A DNA stretch of 46,120 nucleotides, the filler included, from Streblomastix strix (taxonomy: Eukaryota): the NCBI GenBank assembly GCA_008636045.1. It is 2 parts of 2 records of this genome, joined end to end, with 100 filler letters (N's around TTAATTAATTAA, not from the genome) between each part and the next. Parts side by side here need not be neighbours in the genome. Positions count along the whole stretch, not along the records: positions 23,115 to 46,120 come from SNRW01000302.1; 1 more part is not named here. The stretch is one strand, 5' to 3'. Position numbers and translations under genes: made by a program. Below are positions 38,101 to 46,120 of the stretch, piece after piece. The notes beneath the pieces were generated by a model. That model saw only the letters and a list, made by a program, of their open reading frames with translations. It was not told the DNA's origin and did no database searches. Position 1 is the first letter of the stretch, and each line of letters begins with the position of its first letter.

Positions 38101-40604
38101 TATCCTTCTCACATTTATCCGCAAAATAATCAACATAATTCATCATTAATTCAGTTAATAAATTTCTAAATAAACTTAATCATCAACATCATTACCTGTT
38201 GTTACCCATTTCAAGACACCCAATTCACAAACTTCTATTAACGAGACTTCAAATAAGTCTTTATTCACAGGTATTTGCGTTGGTGATTAAGATTATTAAG
38301 TTTAAAAGAATAGAAAATAATAAACAAATAGAAATAATTAACATTAACAATAATAATAATAACAAAATAAATATCTCAATAATCAATAATCAACCAACGA
38401 TGGAGAAGACCAGCCACAACCAGAACAAGGTGACCCATAATAAGACACCAAAGATGATGGACATGGAATTGTAGCTCCATTAGTACCTACATGTGGATGG
38501 TCATCTGCATACATCAGAAATTCCAACTCACAGCTCAGTATTTAAGGATCCGCTCTATTCACACTACTGGGAAAGGGAGCTTTCTCAATAGTTAATACAG
38601 ATATGTAAGTTGAAGATACAGTTATATTCAGTTTGAATAGGAATGGGAATGAAGCGTAGAGTGGAACTTTATTGAGGAAGAATATACTTTGTGGGAGGAA
38701 TTCTGTTATTACTGGAGAATTCAAGTCTTTTGAGGAGGAGAACTAATAATAAGTGAATTCGCTGTGGATTCTGCCGACGGATGAGGATTTGAGCGATGTG
38801 GAGGTATTGTGAATATTTTTATAATATATTCATTTATCTTATTTATATATTTCTTGTTAATTTATTTCTAATAGTTTAGTAATAATTTTCTATTTTTTAA
38901 AATAATTTCATTTATCTAATTAAAAATAGACTCCATCTCCTGCATGTCAACTATAAGGAGGAATTTAATAAGCAGAAGCTCCACTATTTGTTCCGTATGT
39001 TGACAAAGTTGAAGGAAAAGTCTCAAAGTATGAAAATACTAGTTAGAATTTATTATTGGTAAATAAATTGAAATTTTTAGAAGTAATAAAAATTTATATT
39101 TAATTTTTCTAACTTTAAATTTTGCAATATTTTCTGGTATTATATTTAGTGATGGATATGGTTCAGATATTACATTTGTTGGTCATCATTTAGTAAGATG
39201 CACATATATTAGATATGAAGTATGACATTATAAATAAATACAGAAAATTAAATATTATTAAACATAATTTGTTAATTCAACATTAAATATTTAAATAATA
39301 TGAAAATTTTGGGTATTAATATTTTTGATTCATCAATAATTTATTAGGTATGTGAGAAGTACAAAGTGAAAGAAGGAAAAGTACTCACAGAAGAATAAGA
39401 GGTTAAAAAGTTACTTAATTATTCGCTTGATTTTAATTGAATTAAACATTCAATGAATTTAATAAATAATTTAAATCATATTTTTTTTCACTTTACAAAT
39501 AACTTTTTAATGTATTTTATAGGCTGATCGATAGCAGCACTGCCAAGTAGGATTACTTGAGAATGGGATATAGTGGAATGATGAAATGAATGCTATTGTA
39601 TAAACAAGATATAAGATTGTGAGGTTTGAATATATTAATAGTTTTAATCAAAATATTTATTTATTAACTATTTTATTTAATCAGTTAGTTATTATTTCTT
39701 TATGTTCATATTTATTTATAAACTGTTATATTAATAAATTTTAATAGGAAATGGAAAGTAATGGAAGCAGTTCTTTACTTTGGAGATGAGAAATAAACAT
39801 AGAAATTTGATGTTCGAACAGACAAGATGTCAACTGGTATGAACAAATAATAGAAAATTATTATCAAAGCTTTGATTAAATTAGATTAGAAAATATCTTA
39901 TTTTTTTATAAAAATTTAATATTGAATTATCCATATTATTGAGTAAAATTCAATTTTCCTTCAATTCTTTCGCACAATTCAACTCACATTAATATAACTA
40001 TATATATAACTACTATCATTATATTCCATATATAGGTGCCATTATAGGCTGTGTATTTGCAGTGCTTCTTATTATAGGTGGATCTATAGCTGGTGTCATT
40101 GCTGTATATGTCTATACAAAGAAGCAATCTAAGAAGAAGGAGGAAGATAAAGAGAAATTGATGGATGTATGAAGATGATTTATTTGTAAGTGATATGTAT
40201 ATATTAGTAAATGAGGATTTATTTAATGAAGAAATTTTTTGGTGAATATGAAATAGATATATTTATTTTATAATATTTGTAAAATTGAACTAATAATATT
40301 ATATTTGAATTAAATATTGTAGGAATATAACCTTTAGCAAGGTAATTAAACTCAATTTGGAGGTGTAAATAATTTAGAAAATAAAATATAGTAAATGAAA
40401 TTTTTTTTTTTTTTTGATTCTTTCCTTTTTAATTATTCATTCACTCAAATAGATGAATCTGGAACTGCCAACCAATCTCAATCAGGTTCTTCATCATCTG
40501 GATATTAGCAACAACAGTAATAATAATCATTCCTATAACAGTTCTAATAAGCATAATTAAATAATTAAGGATCGAGATTAATGACACCCTCTGATGGATA
40601 ATGA
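23115..40604 (+). CDS. 5'-partial giant type I membrane/surface protein with pectin-lyase-like beta-helix repeats, roughly 70 introns
   Basis: Recurrent motifs GTTTNPIDTIFNAF, GNDVTGQGTQDQPYKTV, GNNQNSGNDSSSVRTISHAF and many xxCxFxxC rungs (VTFDTCT, DCEFDGN, NCIFSECEF, DCTFDTC). TM segment GAIIGCVFAVLLIIGGSIAGVIAVYVY followed by KKQSKKK at about 40036-40145. Q-rich tail; TGA at 40602-40604. Treating it as one gene is inferred, as not every junction was frame-checked. Confidence 0.72.
24612..24692. repeat. Intronic tandem repeat, about 21-bp unit (attaaacatatttwtatta core), about 4 copies
   Basis: Read directly from the sequence. Confidence 0.8.
26103..26192. repeat. Intronic tandem repeat, 30-bp unit (ttgataaaaawatttataataaatacatta), 3 copies
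   Basis: Read directly from the sequence. Confidence 0.85.
29667..29948. repeat. Intronic minisatellite, perfect 15-bp unit (aatttaatcatttat), at least 17 copies, spanning a 10-N gap
   Basis: Read directly from the sequence; it produces the spurious YNLII-repeat ORF in the track. Confidence 0.95.
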
Positions 40605-40891
40605 AAATAAAATCGAATAGAAATATTAATATTAATATTAAATTTGATTCTAATTTGAATAATTTAAGAACAAATCAATTTTCATTCAATTCATTAAAGA
40701 AAAAAGACAAATTTTTTCAAATATTTCTTCAAAATCTTATTTTTACTTTAATACAATTAAACCACAAAAGTGGCTAGTTTAAAATATCAGTTTATTTTTA
40801 ATTTGTTTAATAAACAATTTATGGTATTATTTTCATAAATATATCAAGGTTTAAATTTTAAGTTGTTTGAATTTATCTCGACTACTAGCGT

Positions 40892-41439
40892 ATGGAAGAA
40901 GATATTAATGTTACAAGTGTGCGAATTACGCCAAATGAATGCGAATTAACAGCACTGGTTGATTTGATAATTACATTCGAAGCCAAAAAACCACTCGTTG
41001 ATGCATTTTTGCTGCTACGCTTTGTGTTTGATTTTGCATTCAAGAAATAATAAATTGGTGTGCATACTATTCTTTTAGAACATTTTTTCATTTAATATCC
41101 CAAACATTGAACTGCAGAGCTCACGAAAACGGCTCCTAAAAATTTTTTTGTTGGAACGCACGAAGAGCGGTTCCACGTAGACAAAATAGACATTAGGTAT
41201 ATAATTATTTATATAAACTAATGTTTACATTTGAATTCGTCATTATTTTTTTTAATTTTGCTGAATATCATAGCGCTGTGAAAGAGACAACAATATTGAA
41301 CATGGGTTTACTCAGCGCCAGCCTCTTTGTAGGTCATGATGACGATAATGCTTTGCTGGACGTCAACATGTGCACTGAAATATCAAAGAAGAAAGGATCA
41401 AATACTTTCATACGCACAATTGTGAATCCACTTGAATGA
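40892..41439 (+). CDS. ASF1-like (histone-chaperone fold) small protein, 2 introns
   Basis: MEEDINVTSVRITPNECELTALVDLIITFEAKKPLVDAFLLLRFVFD...FHVDKIDISAVKETTILNMGLLSASL...RTIVNPLE, then TGA. The beta-strand pattern resembles the ASF1 N-domain, but canonical ASF1 motifs are divergent. Confidence 0.6.
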
Positions 41440-41611
41440 TTTTTTTTATCAATTTAACTTAATGAGGATATTTCATTCAATAGCGAATCATTAAGAATTT
41501 ATTTTTTTATAACATATATAACTAATTAATAAATAAACAGATTATTAATAAAAACATATAATGAAGTGAATTTACAGATCATGAGATGGGGATGAAACGA
41601 ATTTAGAAATT

Positions 41612-41890
41612 TCACATTGCAAAACCATAGACTGTGACATAGACTTGAATAGCGTTGTTAGTCCACGTCTCAACAACATAACTGTCAGATCCAATATCCC
41701 AAATGCAGGCAGTTGCACTTTGCATGCCAGCACCAACGCTCTGAGTTATTATGCTTGTTACTGATAAGAAATTTATTTTGCGGTAATAAAAAAAAATATT
41801 ATAATAAAATATTTATTTAGATTATGAGTAGCAGGTAAGCACAGCTGTACTTATACTGATGCTTAAGCATAGACAGGCTTTTAAAAATAC
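41612..41890 (-). CDS. Tctex-1 family dynein light chain, last two exons (5' exons not resolved)
   Basis: IFKSLSMLKHQYKYS / TSIITQSVGAGMQSATACIWDIGSDSYVVETWTNNAIQVYVTVYGFAM, then TGA. Matches the Tctex-1 KY..Q..GAG......WD...D.......N.......VYG pattern. Confidence 0.85.
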
Positions 41891-42265
41891 CTTTGAGAAA
41901 TTATAAAGCAAAATTCAGAAATAAATTATTTATATATTTATAAAAATATTAACTAAAAAATTGTGAAATGCTTGTTTAACTAAACATTATATCAAAATAT
42001 TCTATTATTAGATTGAAAACTACCATAAACTTTTCGTGGATTATTTCTACGTCAATTCCATAATTTTTGATTTGTTTTATATTTAATTATTAGTAATGTT
42101 TAAATATATAGTTATATTTTTTAAAATATCATGAATATTTAATGCCATTAGCCTTTAATATTAAACTAAACAGTTTTTTTAATTATTAGATTTTTGCTTA
42201 AATTGATACAGTTTTTTATTTATTTTTTAACATTTTTCTTTATTTCATTAATTTTTAAATAGCAT

Positions 42266-45200
42266 ATGATCTCTATAAAGCAAACAAGTCAGTCATAAGT
42301 CTCATTTGACATGGAAGAATACTTAGCAATGGCTTCCAGACGTGAAGACATTCAATCAAACACATATTCGTCTATCACAGGCACGATAGCATATTGGAAT
42401 GATGCTGAACCACACAATCAAGGCTAATATTGGTATTTCTGGCTCAAACCTAGTGGAAAATTTTCTTCGCATTCTGAACCATGGATTTGTCTTGTTGTTG
42501 ATGAAAACAACCCTTCTATTGATATGCTTAAAACTGCAGCAGAGTCGAAATCATACTAAGAATTTGAATTGAATGTGCTTATAGTGCCTAGACAGCCTGA
42601 TTATCTGTAATTTGTAATTTCCAAAGATGATGAAGTGAATTAAATATTTTCAAGAGTTCCAACTATTAAAGTATCCGATCTAAATAACACTTAATTTAAT
42701 CCAATTGTACAACCAACAGAAACGTAACCAATTTAAATTCATCCAGTTGAAGAGTGGAATTTGATTGTGAAATGGACAGGTTATGTGTCTGAAGATGATT
42801 TAAAGTTAATTTTTAATCCACTTGGAGCTGAAAGTGTAATGATGCTTAAAAGTGAAGTTGAAATTGGTGAAGGATAAGCATAGATTAATTTCAAGACGTA
42901 ATTAGATGCTTAGAATGCACTTGATTAAACTGATGGGGTAAATATTAAGGGATCTGCACTAGGAGTTGAAATATAAAAATAAAACTAGTTTGAAGGAAAT
43001 CTTATGCCAGGTATAATCAGTTATTTATATTTGATTTTATTTTATTTGATGATTGATATTTTATTATTATCGTTTTATTTATTTATTTTATTTTATTAAC
43101 ATGATATTATTTATATAACAACTCATATTTCAGCTCCTGTTGAATCATGCAGACTATTCATAAAAGGTCTGAGTCCATTAACTACAGATGATGATCTTAA
43201 GAAGTTGTTTGAAGAAGTTGGTTAAGTGGAAAGCGTAAATATTATTACAAGTAGGAGTGGTAAAAGCAGAGGATTCAGATTCGTGACAATGTGCGATATT
43301 GAAACAGCAAGGATCGCAGTGACAGTTTTGAATAAGCGTGTTCTTGATGGGCGCATTATTAAGGTTTAGTTTTCTATGCCATAACAAATAAACCCTCATA
43401 AACATACTCCTCCTCCTCCTACGCTAAAACCAGGTTATTTGCAACTAAAAAATGTAATTATAAATTGATTATTTTTAATTTCGATTATTTACGTAATAAT
43501 TTATTTTTTTATTATTATTATATTATTTAGCTCCACTTGGTCCAATTACATCAGATGTAATATTCTCAGATTAAGAAACCGCTCAATAACAAGGAAATGT
43601 GATAATCCACGCACCTGATAATTATAACCATTCTACAATTGCTTATAAACCCGTAATAACAAAAGGAATTGTTAGATTCGAGGGAATATTTTAGAAATAT
43701 AGAGATTTTCCATATTGTTTGTTTTATTTGAATATAAAATACAAATTTAAAGAAATTTTTATTTTATTTTATTTTATTTTACTTTTCATTATTAGTTTAT
43801 AATTTATTTATTAATTAAATGTTTTCTTAATTATTTATTATATATTGAATTATTAACAGAGATCGGAATTTCAGAATCTTCTGTTTGGTTTGATTCTAAA
43901 AAAGAACCTGGAGATATAAAATGTTTGAATTAATTATTTTGAAATTAAATATATAAAAACCGAAAAGTATAATTTTTATTTTACTTTATTTAATAATTTA
44001 TTTATTTCTTGCCATTTAAACTATTCTTATACTTAATTAGACAAAGGAAAGACAGTTTGTTATAAGAATAAGTATGCAAAATATCATGAATTTTATATTT
44101 CAACATATTAATAATTGTAATTTATGAATAATTTCAATATCTTAATATTTAATTGCAATTTCTATTACATCCGATTCAGCGGCTGCATTACTCACATGAA
44201 TAATACAGAAATTGCAGGTAATGCCAAGATTGAAGATGGATAAACAGTTGCATTAGAAGTTTGTATTATAATTGATGAAATAATAATATATAAATATTTC
44301 ATAAAAATATTATTTATTTAATCTTTTTGAATTATTATTTATCATTATTTTAATTATCTTTTTGTTTATACTGAATATTTGAATTAGGTGAACATGTCAA
44401 CAACTCCGCGAACATTGACATTCTTCATCAATGGTCAAGAATAACAAATATCAATAAGCAGCATTCCTCCTTCAATAAAATTCTGGGTTCGTATGAAATA
44501 TAAAATGAATTTATTTGTTTTAATTCCACAATATTTATTTATTTTATTTATTTAAATCATTATTCATTTAAACTTTATTCATTTTATTTTATTTTAAAGA
44601 TCAATTTATGTGTTCCAAATTAATCATTTACTCTTACATGTTTTGAAAGAATTCAATCTCCTTCATCAACAGGTTTATAGATTTCTAAAGTTATAAATTG
44701 GGGATCTGCTAAAGTTGTATAAAAAAGTATGATTAATAAAATTTAAATTATTAAATAAACCGTTATTATTTCAACTATTTATTTTCCATAATAATCTTTT
44801 TTCTTCTTCTATTCAACTATAATTACACCCTACACATTTGTATATCCAAGGGCTAATTCCTCCTGTAATACCACCTGTTTTACCATGCAAACTTTACGTT
44901 GGTGGTTTAAATCCATTAACTACTGCTGCAGATCTTGGGAAGCTTTTTGGAGAAGTGGGTTAAGTTGAAAGCGCAAATATTGTTTCTAGAGATGAAGGGG
45001 GAAATGGAGGATTCGGATATGTGACAATGCGTGATATTGAAACAGCTTAGAGGGCAGTAACAGTTCTGAATAAGCGTGTTCTTAATGGACGCAAAATTGA
45101 AGTTAAAATTTCTGAGCCACCAATTAATCCTCCTAAACTAACTCCTCCTGTAGGACGAAATCCAGGTTATTTGCAACTATAAATGTAATTATAAATTGAT

Positions 45201-46073
45201 TATTTTTAATTTCGATTATTTACGTAATAATTAATATTTATTATTGTATAAAATAATATATATTTTAATTTAGTTTAATATCAATTTTTTATTATTATTT
45301 ATACATATAAACTTAATTTCATTATTAGAACCAACAACTATAAAACCTATCAAATTATTTGTTAGAAATTTGAATTTTTAAACCACGTCTGATGATCTTG
45401 GGAAGCTTTTTGAAGAAGTTGGTTAAGTGGAAAGCGCAAATATTGCTACATATAAGAGTGGTAAAAGCAAAGGATTTGGATTCGTGACTATGTGCGATAT
45501 TGAAACAGCATAAAAGGCAGTGACTGACCTGAATAAGCGTGTTCTTAATGGGCGCATTATTGAAGTTTAGTTTTCTGAGCCGAAACCAATTGATCCTCAA
45601 ATGCAAACTCTTCCTGTTGGACCAAAACCAGAGTTATAGTCTTCTGCATTGAAATAGATCGAACTTACTCACCCAGGTAAAAACAATTATTATATAATTA
45701 TAAATTGATTATATTTAATTGAAATCATATATAATTATTATTAAATAAAATTAAACAAAACACTATTCTAAAATATATTATTTTAATTTTATTGTTATTT
45801 TAATAATAACTTATTAATTAATACTCCTTTTTTCTTCTATTCAACTATAATTACACCCTTCACATTTGCAGGTTTAGAATAAATTGCTCCACTACCACAA
45901 CCAAATGCGGAGATGAATCAACAAATCCCATTTCCTGGAATGATTCCAAATTATGTTAATTAGTATAATAATCCTTTTGGAATGATTAACTAATAGGGAC
46001 TTCCCTAACTTGGAAATATGTCCAATCAACAATTCCCGCCTTAGCCCTATCTATAAACACAATAATAATTACC

Positions 46074-46120
<47 letters not shown>
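42266..46120 (+). CDS. 3'-partial RNA-binding protein: N-terminal domain, 4 RRMs, SPRY/B30.2-like domain and P/Q/N-rich tail
   Basis: RNP2/RNP1 pairs LFIKGL..RGFRFVTM, LYVGGL..GGFGYVTM and LFVRNL..KGFGFVTM, plus a divergent RRM at about 42755-42975. SPRY-like ITKGIVRFEGIF, IGIS, GQTVALEVNMSTTPRTLTFFING. Ends in in-frame (TAA)n. Confidence 0.87.
46075..46120 (+). repeat. (TAA)n microsatellite encoding polyglutamine
   Basis: In frame after ...PYLQTQQQLP and runs to the window end. Confidence 0.85.

Noticed and set aside
43178..45606. Two similar Cys/His-containing minus-strand ORFs (43178-43405 and 45355-45606)
   Set aside because: Their similarity comes from being antisense to the duplicated RRM exons.
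46075..46120. Telomere or run of stop codons
   Set aside because: It is an in-frame continuation of a P/Q-rich exon, i.e. polyglutamine in this code.

Overview
Very AT-rich, intron-dense eukaryotic (protist) DNA. It only makes sense if TAA/TAG are read as Gln and TGA is the sole stop, so the supplied standard-code ORF track mostly shows fragments and antisense shadows. That code, plus many short introns and the protein families seen, fits an oxymonad of the Streblomastix type best; this is inference, and a ciliate-type host is not excluded. Host genes: a membrane protein with a degenerate hemerythrin-like tail (<1-4670), a GH47 alpha-1,2-mannosidase (4983-9203), a cap1 2'-O-methyltransferase (9968-12710, minus), a zf-MYND/MSS51-like gene with an internal TGA (19299-20484, minus), a giant roughly 70-intron beta-helix-type surface protein (<23115-40604), an ASF1-like protein, a Tctex-1 dynein light chain and a 4xRRM + SPRY-like + polyQ protein (42266->46120). 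The standout is a roughly 6 kb intronless, tightly packed block at about 12880-19135 that looks like a decaying endogenous dsDNA virus of the Polinton/PLV type. It carries an FtsK/HerA (A32-like) packaging ATPase, two phage-tail-fibre-like genes and several orphans, all written in the host's TAR=Gln code. There is also a roughly 356-bp MITE-like element. An artificial 100-nt linker at 23015-23114 means the two halves of the window may not be adjacent in the genome. All translations are manual, so exon boundaries are approximate.
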